Source: Acidobacteriota bacterium (GTDB lineage Bacteria > Acidobacteriota > UBA6911 > RPQK01 > JAJDTT01). Taken from it: 64,000 nucleotides of DNA. A program made the translations under genes and the position numbers. The stretch lies in assembly GCA_965217775.1 (NCBI GenBank), contig CBDCJH010000002.1:4672001-4736000 (forward strand), read 5' to 3'. The stretch's first letter is position 1, and every line of letters begins with the position of its first letter. Shown here piece after piece: positions 35,046 through 43,999 of the stretch. The notes beneath the pieces were generated by a model. That model was not told the origin of the DNA, made no database searches, and was given only the letters and a program-made list of their open reading frames with translations.

Positions 35046-36541
35046 AGACCATGGATACTCCGGAAGGTAGATCGCCGGCATCCCGCCGAGACTTTCTCAC
35101 CACCTCGGCCAGCGGCCTCGGGACCGCCGCCCTGGCCTCCATGCTGGCAGGCGAGGGGCTGCTCCAGGCGAAGCCCGACGCCGGCATCGCCAACCCTCTC
35201 TTTCCCCGGCAGCCCCATTTCGCACCCAAGGCCAAGTCCTGCATCTTCCTCTTCATGGCGGGCGCGCCCAGCCAGTTGGACCTGTTCGACCCCAAGCCCA
35301 AGCTCAACGAGTTGGACGGGCAGCCCATGCCCGAGTCGTTGCTGGAAAAGGTGAGGTTCGCCTTCATCCGCAAGGAGACGGCGGTCCTGAAGGGTTCCGG
35401 CGCCAAGTTCAGGAAACGCGGCGAGTGCGGAATGGAGATCTCCGACCTGCTGCCCCACATCGCCGGCTGCGCCGACGATATCGCCCTCATCCGGTCGCTG
35501 CATACCGACAGCTTCAACCACCATCCGGGCCAGCTCATGATGAATACGGGTGTGCCCACCTTCGGCCGGCCCTCCATGGGCTCCTGGATCAACTACGGCC
35601 TCGGGAGCGAGTCGGAGAACCTGCCCGGCTACGTCGTGCTCACGGCCGGCCGGGGAACCAGCGGCGGCGCCTCCAACTGGACCAGCGGATTCCTGCCCAC
35701 CAACTACCAGGGCGTGTTGTTTCGAAACCAGGGCGACCCGGTTCTGAACCTGACCAATCCTGCCGGACTCCCGCACGAGTGCCAGCGTCTGGGGCTGGAC
35801 CGGCTCCGGCAGCTCAACCAGGAGCGCTTCCGACAGACCCGGGATCCCGAGATCCTCTCCCGGATCGCCTCCTACGAGTTGGCCTTCCGGATGCAGTCGT
35901 CGGCTCCCGAGCTCATCGACCTCAGCGGGGAGAGCGAGAAGACGCTCTCGATGTACGGCGTGAATCGGACCGAGGAGGAGTGGAAGGACAAGCCCAACCG
36001 TGGCTTCCGGCCGGGAGTCTTCTCCACCTATGCTCGAAACTGCCTGCTGGCCCGGCGCCTGGTGGAGCGGGGCGTCCGCTTCGTCAACATCTATCATGCT
36101 TCCTGGGACCACCACAGCAACCTGGACACCGGACTGGGTTTCAACTGCATGATGTGCGATCAGCCGGTGGCGGCCCTCCTGAAGGATCTCAAGCAGCGGG
36201 GGCTGCTGGACGAGACCCTGGTGATCTGGGGCGGGGAGTTCGGCCGGACTCCTCTGGGTGAGAACCGCGTGGGCCGGGAGCCGAACACGGGCCGGGATCA
36301 CCATCCCTTCGCCTTCTCCATGTTCATGGCCGGTGGAGGCATCCGGGGGGGACAGGTGCTGGGCCGGACCGACGACATCGGCTGGAACCCGGTCGAGGAC
36401 CCGATTCACATCAACGACCTCCACGCCACCATCCTGCATCTCTTCGGGTTGGATCACGTCCGCCTCACCCATCGCTTCCAGGGCCGTGACTTCCGGCTGA
36501 CCGACGTGGGGGGCACGGTGGTTGATAAACTGCTGGCATGA
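35042..36541 (+). CDS. DUF1501 family protein (Tat signal)
   Basis: SRRDFL, FLFMAGAPSQLDLFDPKP, WDHH, WGGEFGRTP, GRDHH. Confidence 0.9.
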   Translation: MKTMDTPEGRSPASRRDFLTTSASGLGTAALASMLAGEGLLQAKPDAGIANPLFPRQPHFAPKAKSCIFLFMAGAPSQLDLFDPKPKLNELDGQPMPESLLEKVRFAFIRKETAVLKGSGAKFRKRGECGMEISDLLPHIAGCADDIALIRSLHTDSFNHHPGQLMMNTGVPTFGRPSMGSWINYGLGSESENLPGYVVLTAGRGTSGGASNWTSGFLPTNYQGVLFRNQGDPVLNLTNPAGLPHECQRLGLDRLRQLNQERFRQTRDPEILSRIASYELAFRMQSSAPELIDLSGESEKTLSMYGVNRTEEEWKDKPNRGFRPGVFSTYARNCLLARRLVERGVRFVNIYHASWDHHSNLDTGLGFNCMMCDQPVAALLKDLKQRGLLDETLVIWGGEFGRTPLGENRVGREPNTGRDHHPFAFSMFMAGGGIRGGQVLGRTDDIGWNPVEDPIHINDLHATILHLFGLDHVRLTHRFQGRDFRLTDVGGTVVDKLLA

Positions 36542-38166
36542 TCATCCGTTTCGGCCGCCGTCTCCTGGCACCGGCGGTCGCCGCTGCCGTTTTCCTGCTG
36601 TCGGGTTGCGCCGCAGAGGAGGGATCTGAGGCAAGGCCCGCCGGAAAGTACCGATTCATCCTCTCCAACGACGGGGGATCACTGGCGGGTCCCGTGCTGG
36701 AAGCTCCCATCGGAGTGGAAGGCCTGGTCGAGCTGGCCATCGAACCGCTCCGGGACACCCGGATCAACACCCTGTTCTGGCAATTGGGAACCGACCCCTA
36801 CCTGGGGTCCCCCTCCCACCGGCTCTCGGACCACTACTCGCACCGGACGGAGGTGGGCTCCATCTGGGGGACGGAGAACCCTTCCTTCCACAGTGCCGGG
36901 CTCTGGCGCATCCGAGAGAACGCGAAACGGTTGATGGAGGCCGGAACCGACCCCGTCGCCGTGGTGGTGGAGCATGGACACCGGGCCGGCCTCGAGGTCT
37001 TCGTCTGCATGCGGGTCAATGACATCCACGACGCCCGCCTGGAGGGTGGGGTGGAGGACCCTCTCATGTCGCCCGTCAAGAGGCGGCATCCCGACTGGCT
37101 CCTGGGCGAGGAAGGCAACCGCAGGACGGCATACAACTTCGCTCTGCCCCAGGTCCGGGAGTACAAGCTGGCCCTGGCCCGGGAGGCCATCGAGAACTAC
37201 GACCTGGACGGTCTGGACTGGGACTTCTGCCGGCATCCTTTTCTCTTTCCCCAGGGGAGCGAAGCGGAGGGCGCGCCCCTGATGACCGAGCTGCTAGGTG
37301 AAATCCGGCGGGCGCTGGACGAGAAAGGGGAGCGGGTGGGCCGCCGGCTCTCCTTGTCGGTGAGAGTGCCCCGCTCCCTGGACGAGGCCCTGGCGCAGGG
37401 CATGGACGTGAGGAGCTGGCTCTCGAAGGGGCTGCTGGACATCCTCATCGTCGGCTACCAGCCGGGGAACAAGCATCGTCTCCCGGTAGAGGAGTACGTG
37501 GAGGCGGCTCGGGGGACCCGCACGCAGATCGTGGCCCAGGGCCTGGGGCTCTTCCAGCAGCCCAGACCTCTGTCGGCCAAGCTCATCTGGAACGAGAAGG
37601 ACTACTACACGGCCGAGATGTGCCGCGCCGTGGCCGCGGCCCACTACCGGGCCGGCGCCCAGGGGATCTTCGTCTTCAACAACCACTACCTGCAGGTGGT
37701 CCGGGACCGGCAATACGACCGCCTCCCCTGGAAGGAGCTGGGCGATCCCCAGGTCATCGCCCGCAAGGACAAGCACTACCTGGCGGATCAGCGGAAGTGG
37801 GGAGCCGGCCGGCTCCCGCTGGAGCTGGCCAAGGTGGGAGACCAGGTGGAAGTCTCCCTGGACGTGGCGGACGACCTGGAAGCGGCCAGCCGGGAAGGCA
37901 CCCTGAAATCGGCGGCCGTCCGGCTTCTGGTCGACCAACTGACCCCTCCGGACCGGCTGGAGGTCACCCTGAACGGCCGCCCTGTCGGGGAACCCGACAC
38001 GCAGCACGTCTTTTTCAACGAGACTTGGCTGGAGTTCTCAGTGGGTCCTCCCCAGCTCCAGCAGGGCTGGAACCGGATCGGTGCCGCCGTCCGGGCCCGC
38101 AATCCCCAGGTCACCAGCCCGCTTGCCCTCAAGAGCGTCGAGATTCTGGTGAAATACGAGGAGTGA
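36538..38166 (+). CDS. Lipoprotein with glycoside-hydrolase-like TIM barrel (GHL10/DUF187-like)
   Basis: Lipobox LSGC; MRVNDIH, HPDW, YDLDGLDWDFCR. Confidence 0.7.
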   Translation: MIIRFGRRLLAPAVAAAVFLLSGCAAEEGSEARPAGKYRFILSNDGGSLAGPVLEAPIGVEGLVELAIEPLRDTRINTLFWQLGTDPYLGSPSHRLSDHYSHRTEVGSIWGTENPSFHSAGLWRIRENAKRLMEAGTDPVAVVVEHGHRAGLEVFVCMRVNDIHDARLEGGVEDPLMSPVKRRHPDWLLGEEGNRRTAYNFALPQVREYKLALAREAIENYDLDGLDWDFCRHPFLFPQGSEAEGAPLMTELLGEIRRALDEKGERVGRRLSLSVRVPRSLDEALAQGMDVRSWLSKGLLDILIVGYQPGNKHRLPVEEYVEAARGTRTQIVAQGLGLFQQPRPLSAKLIWNEKDYYTAEMCRAVAAAHYRAGAQGIFVFNNHYLQVVRDRQYDRLPWKELGDPQVIARKDKHYLADQRKWGAGRLPLELAKVGDQVEVSLDVADDLEAASREGTLKSAAVRLLVDQLTPPDRLEVTLNGRPVGEPDTQHVFFNETWLEFSVGPPQLQQGWNRIGAAVRARNPQVTSPLALKSVEILVKYEE

Positions 38167-38385
38167 GGAGGTGCGGCTTTCTTGCCGCCGACAGGGGGGC
38201 AGGGGGGACGGAGTCCCCACTTTACACTTTCCCCCCTCGACACTCTCCGGCCACCGAATCGCATAGCAACACGGAAGAGCAGGCGGCAAGAAAGTCGCAC
38301 CTCCCACTGGGCGACTGGAAATCGCCCTTCCTGTGGGCGACAGGGATGTCGCCCCTCCTTTGGGCGACAGGGATGTCGCCCCTCC
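38167..38385. repeat. REPIN-like element plus three additional REP hairpins
   Basis: 38167-38304 doublet; then GGCGACTGGAAATCGCC and two GGGCGACAGGGATGTCGCCCCTCC. Confidence 0.88.
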
Positions 38386-39185
38386 TACGACCGCGCGGCG
38401 GAGGCGTCGATTCGCTCGATCCCTGACGCGTGGGTCTTCACGGCTTCCAGCACCAGTGAGCGGCCCGCCAACAGATCCAGGCTGTGCATCGCGCGGCGCA
38501 CGTCCTGGTTGGCCTCCCGCTGGCGGGAGTCGGTCTCCTTGCGCATGGTCCGGATGGAGTAGAGCCGCTGCAAGGGATAGAAGAGGAGCAGAGGCCAGCA
38601 GGAGCGGCGCCAGAGGTCGGTGGTGGCCCGGGTGATCCGGAAGCCGCTGCTGTGGAGCGCGTACCGGATCTGATAGTAGGTCATGGGGTTGATGTGGTCG
38701 AAGACGGGAGTGTGGGCAAACTCGTTCAGGGGACGGGGACAGAGGGAATAGAACCCGGTCAGGAAGTACTTCAGCCTCGAAGCCGAGTTCAGGATGTTGG
38801 GAGTCGAAAGGATGAGCTTCCCCTGCCACTTGAGGATCCGGTGGCATTCCCGGATGAAGCGGAAGGGGTGCTCCAAGTGCTCGATGCCTTCCAGACAGAC
38901 GACGTAGTCGAACGACTCATCCGGCAAGTCCAGGGGGCGGTTCATGTCCAAACCCAGGCATTCCACACCCTCGCACTTGAAGAAGCCCGGGTCCAGGTCC
39001 GCCGCCACCACTTGGAAACCCATCTCTCGCAGGCAGTGGGAGATTCCTCCCTCGCCCGAGGGAAGATCCAGGACCCTGCCCCTGGGCAAGTCTTCCATGA
39101 GATCCAGGACCTTGAAGAAGGTCCGTTCGTGGGCAATGACCTGAAAGCCCTCGGGTTTCTTCCGAGCTCGACTCACCGCTCCCAT
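38385..39185 (-). CDS. Class I SAM-dependent methyltransferase
   Basis: VLDLPSGEG motif I, FDYVVCLEGIEHL, LILSTPN. Confidence 0.9.
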   Translation of the reverse strand: MGAVSRARKKPEGFQVIAHERTFFKVLDLMEDLPRGRVLDLPSGEGGISHCLREMGFQVVAADLDPGFFKCEGVECLGLDMNRPLDLPDESFDYVVCLEGIEHLEHPFRFIRECHRILKWQGKLILSTPNILNSASRLKYFLTGFYSLCPRPLNEFAHTPVFDHINPMTYYQIRYALHSSGFRITRATTDLWRRSCWPLLLFYPLQRLYSIRTMRKETDSRQREANQDVRRAMHSLDLLAGRSLVLEAVKTHASGIERIDASAARS

Positions 39186-39209
39186 TTCAGCACCGCCGCG
39201 AAGCTGGTC

Positions 39210-41540
39210 TCAAGTGCGGACCATGGAAAAAAGGAGAATGGCGCCGGTGCAGAACAGGAGGTTGGGACCCCAGGCGGCCAGCAGCGGCGAGAGCAGGCCG
39301 TTGGCGCCCATCATGCCGAAGATTCCAAAGGCGCCCCAGTAGCAGATCCCGATGAGCACCCCGGCCGCAATGCCGTAGAGCGCCCCCTTGCGGCCCATGG
39401 AGAAGGCGAAGGGGATGCCCAGGATGGCCATGATGGGTGTGACCAGGGGCAGGGAGACCTTGGTGTAGAGATCCGTCTTCAGGTGGTCCACCTCGAAGCC
39501 TCCCTGTTGCAGGTCCCGGATGTACCGGCTCAGCTCCGGGTAGGTCATCTTGCTGGATTCCTTCACTTCACGGGCGAAGTACTCGGGCCCCTCGCTCAAG
39601 TCGAAGTCGCGGCTCTCGAACCGGATGAAATCCTTCCGCTCCGGGTGTTCCAGATCCCTGATCCAGCCTTGGGACAGGACCCACCGTCCGGCGTTCCGGT
39701 CCCAGGCCGCCTTCTGGGAATAGACGTGCCGTTTCAGCCGTCCCTCCCGGATGTCCAGGTCGAGGACGGAAAGGTCGCCGAAAAGGCCCCGCTGGGCATC
39801 GAAGTAGTTGTAGTGATAGAGCCGCTTCCCCTCGCCGAAGATCCAGTTCCGTCCTTGCTGGTAGAAGGTCTGGACGGGACGGCCCTTGATGATGGTGCGC
39901 AGGTTGTCCTGCCGCTGGTTGGCGTAGGGAAGGACGTATTCCTGGAGCACGTAGAGGAAGGTTCCCACCAGCAGAGTCAGCCCCAGCACCGACAGGCTCA
40001 CGCGGTACACGCTGACGCCGCAGGCCTTCAGTGCCGTGATCTGACCCGTCTTGTCCAGCAGGCCGAAGGTGACGAGGGTGCCGATGAGGATGGCAAGGGG
40101 CACCAGCAACATCAGGATGTGGGGCGCCAGGTAGAAGAAGTAGGAAATCAACAAGCCGTAGGGACTGTCGTTTTCCAGGACGTCGTCGATGAGGTCGAAA
40201 AAGGTGAAGAGATAGAAGAGGGCCATCGTGACCGAGAGGGCGAGGAAGGAGTAGAGGAGAAAGGTCTTCGCCAGATAGAGATCGATGACGCGAGCCACTC
40301 TGGGCCGCATCCGGATCAGGCGGGACCGGCGCGGTTGGAAGCCGGAACCGCTTCGAATCGTCGAGAGCATCCGCCGGAACCCCTGGGCGGCCCGGGTCAG
40401 CTTCCGGTCCAGACGAGGGTAGACCTGGCGCCAGCGCAACGGTTTCGCATCCAGGGCGCCGTATCGGAAAGTGGCCCAGGCCAGCAATCCCGTCAGCAGG
40501 TTGGTTCCCCACAAGCCCACCAGGGGATGCAGGATCCCGCCGCGGGCCAATTCGAAACCGGTCGCGAAGAGGACATAGTAGGCAAGCGCCACCACGACGC
40601 TGGCCACCAGACCGTATCCGCGCCCGCCACGATGATTGCGGGCTCCCAGAGCGACTCCCAGCACGGCGAAGATGAGCGGCGAAACCGCCAGCGCCAACCG
40701 GCGGTTCAACTCCAGCCAACTCTGGTCTTGCGTGGCGCCCGGATCGCCTCGGATCTCCCTCCAGAGTTGAGTTGGCGCCTTGTCTTCGGGACGCTTGGGA
40801 CCGTTCGAGTTCGGTTCCACCGGAGGGAGTTGAAGCGCAAAGTCCAGAATGCGAAACCGGCTCAACGTCATTCTTTCGGGAGCGTCCCGCGGGGTTTTGT
40901 AGCGCAACCCGTCCTCAAGATGTAACTGGATCCGGCGCTTGTCTTCGTCGATGAGGGCCTCCCCGCCCCGAGAGAGGACGATTTCGGTCTCCGCATCGCT
41001 GCCGCTGGAAAGGAAGACCCCGTTCCAGAATCCGTTCTTCAGGTCCACGTCGCCGGCGTAGAGCACCCAACCCTTCGGCAGCCCTTCGTAGAAGACGCGC
41101 GGCTTGATCCGGGAAAGGACCGGCTGGACGCCGATCTCATGGCGGAGCGTCTGAAGGCTCCAGTTCCCGGCCGGCAGCAACACCAGGGTGAACCCCAGCG
41201 TGAGCAGGCTCACCAACAATCCGATGTTGACCACGTGGCGCACCATCCGGTGGACGCCGATTCCGCAGGCTCGCATGGCCACGATCTCGCTGTCGGTGGA
41301 GAGGCGGCTGAATCCGATCAGCGTCCCGATGAGGAAGGAGAGGGGAACGCTGAAGACCAGGATGCTGGGCAGAATCGAAAGCACGGTCCTGACGACGGTC
41401 AGGATGGGAGCGTCGGCTCGGATGAGGAGCTCGGTCAGGCGGCCGAACTCCCGGGTCAGAACGGCGAAGGTGAGGAACAGGAGGGTGATCAGGAAAGGGG
41501 GCGCGATCTCCTGGTTGATGAGCTTGTTGATCTTGGTCAT
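39210..41540 (-). CDS. Fused LptF/LptG LPS export permease
   Basis: Two YjgP/YjgQ halves (RLSTDSEIVAMRACGI; KTGQITALKACGVS; AAWGPN). Confidence 0.9.
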   Translation of the reverse strand: MTKINKLINQEIAPPFLITLLFLTFAVLTREFGRLTELLIRADAPILTVVRTVLSILPSILVFSVPLSFLIGTLIGFSRLSTDSEIVAMRACGIGVHRMVRHVVNIGLLVSLLTLGFTLVLLPAGNWSLQTLRHEIGVQPVLSRIKPRVFYEGLPKGWVLYAGDVDLKNGFWNGVFLSSGSDAETEIVLSRGGEALIDEDKRRIQLHLEDGLRYKTPRDAPERMTLSRFRILDFALQLPPVEPNSNGPKRPEDKAPTQLWREIRGDPGATQDQSWLELNRRLALAVSPLIFAVLGVALGARNHRGGRGYGLVASVVVALAYYVLFATGFELARGGILHPLVGLWGTNLLTGLLAWATFRYGALDAKPLRWRQVYPRLDRKLTRAAQGFRRMLSTIRSGSGFQPRRSRLIRMRPRVARVIDLYLAKTFLLYSFLALSVTMALFYLFTFFDLIDDVLENDSPYGLLISYFFYLAPHILMLLVPLAILIGTLVTFGLLDKTGQITALKACGVSVYRVSLSVLGLTLLVGTFLYVLQEYVLPYANQRQDNLRTIIKGRPVQTFYQQGRNWIFGEGKRLYHYNYFDAQRGLFGDLSVLDLDIREGRLKRHVYSQKAAWDRNAGRWVLSQGWIRDLEHPERKDFIRFESRDFDLSEGPEYFAREVKESSKMTYPELSRYIRDLQQGGFEVDHLKTDLYTKVSLPLVTPIMAILGIPFAFSMGRKGALYGIAAGVLIGICYWGAFGIFGMMGANGLLSPLLAAWGPNLLFCTGAILLFSMVRT

Positions 41541-41626
41541 GGCCGCGCCGCGTCTACCCGATCACCTGTCCCGAGAGCGGACAATCTACCAAAAAATTGA
41601 TGTGACACCCTGGAGAGGAAGTCCCC

Positions 41627-41635
41627 TGCTAGAAT
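41627..41635 (+). promoter_or_regulatory. Putative extended -10 promoter (TGcTAGAAT) for possibly leaderless lipB
   Basis: Ends 7 nt upstream of GTG start; no SD between them. Confidence 0.4.
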
Positions 41636-41641
41636 TTTGCC

Positions 41642-42262
41642 GTGATTCTCCACGACCTCGGGGTCCTTCCGTTCGCAGAGGCCTATGCGCTTCAGGACGA
41701 GACGGTCCGTCGAGTTGCGGCGGGTCGTCAGGAGGAGACGCTTCATCTGGTGGTGCACCCCCATGTCTTCACCGTGGGTAGCGGAGGGAACGCCCGGAAC
41801 CTGCTGGCTTCCTTCGATCCTGACGGTCGTCCCATCGACCTGGTTCGAATCAATCGGGGGGGCGACGTCACCTATCACGGACCGGGACAGTTGGTGGGAT
41901 ACCCGCACCTGGATCTGCGGGGACGGGGACGCGACGTGGGATTGTACCTGCGGACCCTGGAGCAGAGCCTGCTGGACACGGCCGCCCATTTCGGGGTGCA
42001 GGCGTTCCGCCGGGAGGGCCTGACCGGCATCTGGACCCGGCGGGGCAAGCTGGGATCCATCGGCGTGGGGGTGCGCCGCTGGGTCACCATGCATGGATTC
42101 GCCCTGAACCTGAACCCCGACATGAGGTACTTCCAGTTGATCAACCCCTGCGGCATGGCCGGCTGCCCCGTCACTTCGCTGGCAGCCGAGGCGGGAGCCG
42201 AGCCGGGCATGGAGGAGGTCAAGGAAGTCTACTGGCGCTCGTTTCGCCAGGTTTTCGGCTGA
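41642..42262 (+). CDS. lipB: Lipoyl(octanoyl) transferase
   Basis: HPHVFTVG, RGGDVTYHGPGQLVGYP, HGFALN, INPCG. Confidence 0.95.
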   Translation: MILHDLGVLPFAEAYALQDETVRRVAAGRQEETLHLVVHPHVFTVGSGGNARNLLASFDPDGRPIDLVRINRGGDVTYHGPGQLVGYPHLDLRGRGRDVGLYLRTLEQSLLDTAAHFGVQAFRREGLTGIWTRRGKLGSIGVGVRRWVTMHGFALNLNPDMRYFQLINPCGMAGCPVTSLAAEAGAEPGMEEVKEVYWRSFRQVFG

Positions 42263-42275
42263 GAGGCGGAAGGGC

Positions 42276-42803
42276 TCAATCCTTTTGCGGCGCCGGCGAG
42301 TTTTCCAGGAGCTTCGCCATGTCGTAGACCATTCCTTCCCGCGAGTAGGAGGAGAATTCCAGAATCCCCGTGTCCATCCGGATGGCGTCCTCGGGACACG
42401 CCTCCACGCAGTAGCCGCAGAAGACGCAGAGGCCCAGGTCGATGTCGAACCGCACCGGGTACTTTTCGATCTGGGGGTTGGGGTGCTCACCGGCCACGAT
42501 GTAGATGCAGCGGGCGGGACAGGCCGTCTCGCACATCATGCAGGCCACGCATCGGGGCGATCCATCTTCCCGCCGGGTCAGCCGGTGCAAGGTCCGCAGC
42601 CTGGAGGCCAGCGGCCGCCGTTCTTCCGGATACTGATAGGTTTCGGCGCCGCGCAGATGCCGCGCCAATCCCACCTTGTGGGCCAGGTGGATGAGCAGGT
42701 TGCGGAAGAAATGGCGCGCGGTGAGCCGGAGTCCCTTGAGGATTTCCGGAAGATAGGTGGATTCCCAGAAACTCAGCTCGGCCTCGACCTTCTTGATGGC
42801 CAT
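42276..42803 (-). CDS. nuoI: NADH-quinone oxidoreductase subunit I
   Basis: CVACMMCETACP and CVFCGYCVEACP. Confidence 0.93.
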   Translation of the reverse strand: MAIKKVEAELSFWESTYLPEILKGLRLTARHFFRNLLIHLAHKVGLARHLRGAETYQYPEERRPLASRLRTLHRLTRREDGSPRCVACMMCETACPARCIYIVAGEHPNPQIEKYPVRFDIDLGLCVFCGYCVEACPEDAIRMDTGILEFSSYSREGMVYDMAKLLENSPAPQKD

Positions 42804-42893
42804 GATCAGTTCCCGCTCATTGTCCGCGGCGGTGTCCGAACGCCGTGAGACTACGCCGACTGCCTCTCCTCTGGCAAGACAGACCCTTCGTCA

Positions 42894-43976
42894 TCAATTC
42901 GTTCCCTGCCACAAGAGGACCACCCCCGTCACCAGGATGTTGAGGATGGAGAGGGGCAAAATCATGGTCCAACCCAATCGCAGGAGCTGGTCCCAACGGA
43001 AACGGGGCAGGGTCCAGCGGATGAGCATGAAGATGAAGCAGAAGACCGAGACCTTGAACAGGAAAGCGCCGACCTGGAGCAGCAGCACCACGGTCTGGGA
43101 CAGAGGCCAGGCGGCGCCCCACGGAAACTCGAATCCGCCCGGCGTGAGATAGGGCACCTGCCAGCCCCCCAGAAACAGGGTGGTGACCAGCGCGGCCGCA
43201 AGCACCGTCTCCACGAAATCGGTGGTGTAGAACATGCCGAACTTCATCCCGCTGTATTCGACGAAATAGCCGATGATCTCCGATTCCCCTTCCGGAATGT
43301 CGAAGGGGACCCGTTTGGTCTCGGCCAGCGCGGCAGTCGTGAACAGGATGAAGCCCAGCGGCTGCAGGATGATGCCCCAACCGGGAAGCCAGCCGAGCAA
43401 CAGCTCTCCCTGCTGGAGCACCATCTCCTGGAGATGGAGCGTCCCGTAGACCATGAGCAGGCCGATGAGGGTGGCGCCCAGCGTGATTTCGTAGGCGATC
43501 ATCTGGCTGGCGGCCCTCAGGCCTCCCAGCAGAGCGTAGTTGTTGGCGGAAGACCAGCCGGCGAGAACGAAGCCGTAGATCCCCATGCTCATGGTGGCCA
43601 ACACGAAGAGGAGACCCACGTTCAGGTCCAGGATCTGGAGCGACACCGTGTGCCCCCCCAACTGGTAGACCCCGCCGAAGGGTACGACGGCGAAACTCAC
43701 CAGGGCGAAGAAGAGGGCGATGATGGGAGCCAGGGTATGGACCAGGCGGTTCCCCTGATTGGGGACGAAATCCTCCTTGGTCAGCATCTTGAGGGCGTCG
43801 GCGATGGGGTGAAAGAGTCCCAGCGCGCGCAGGCCCAGGATGCTGGCCCGGTTGGCGCCGATTCGATCCTGCATCACGGCGCTCTGTTTCCGCTCCAGCC
43901 AACTGAGCAGATAGACGAAGCCCATGACCACGTTGAAGCAGAAGAAGACCTTGGCCAGAACGATCAGGGTGCTCAT
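42894..43976 (-). CDS. nuoH: NADH-quinone oxidoreductase subunit H
   Basis: ERK...QDRIG, ADALKMLTKE, AETKRVPFD.PEGESE, RWTLPRFR. Confidence 0.95.
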   Translation of the reverse strand: MSTLIVLAKVFFCFNVVMGFVYLLSWLERKQSAVMQDRIGANRASILGLRALGLFHPIADALKMLTKEDFVPNQGNRLVHTLAPIIALFFALVSFAVVPFGGVYQLGGHTVSLQILDLNVGLLFVLATMSMGIYGFVLAGWSSANNYALLGGLRAASQMIAYEITLGATLIGLLMVYGTLHLQEMVLQQGELLLGWLPGWGIILQPLGFILFTTAALAETKRVPFDIPEGESEIIGYFVEYSGMKFGMFYTTDFVETVLAAALVTTLFLGGWQVPYLTPGGFEFPWGAAWPLSQTVVLLLQVGAFLFKVSVFCFIFMLIRWTLPRFRWDQLLRLGWTMILPLSILNILVTGVVLLWQGTN

Positions 43977-43999
43977 CTTGTTCGCGTGCCGGCCCCCCG

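Noticed and set aside
39210-41540. LptF-LptG fusion as a novelty
   Set aside because: Fused LptF/G is, to my knowledge, usual in Acidobacteria
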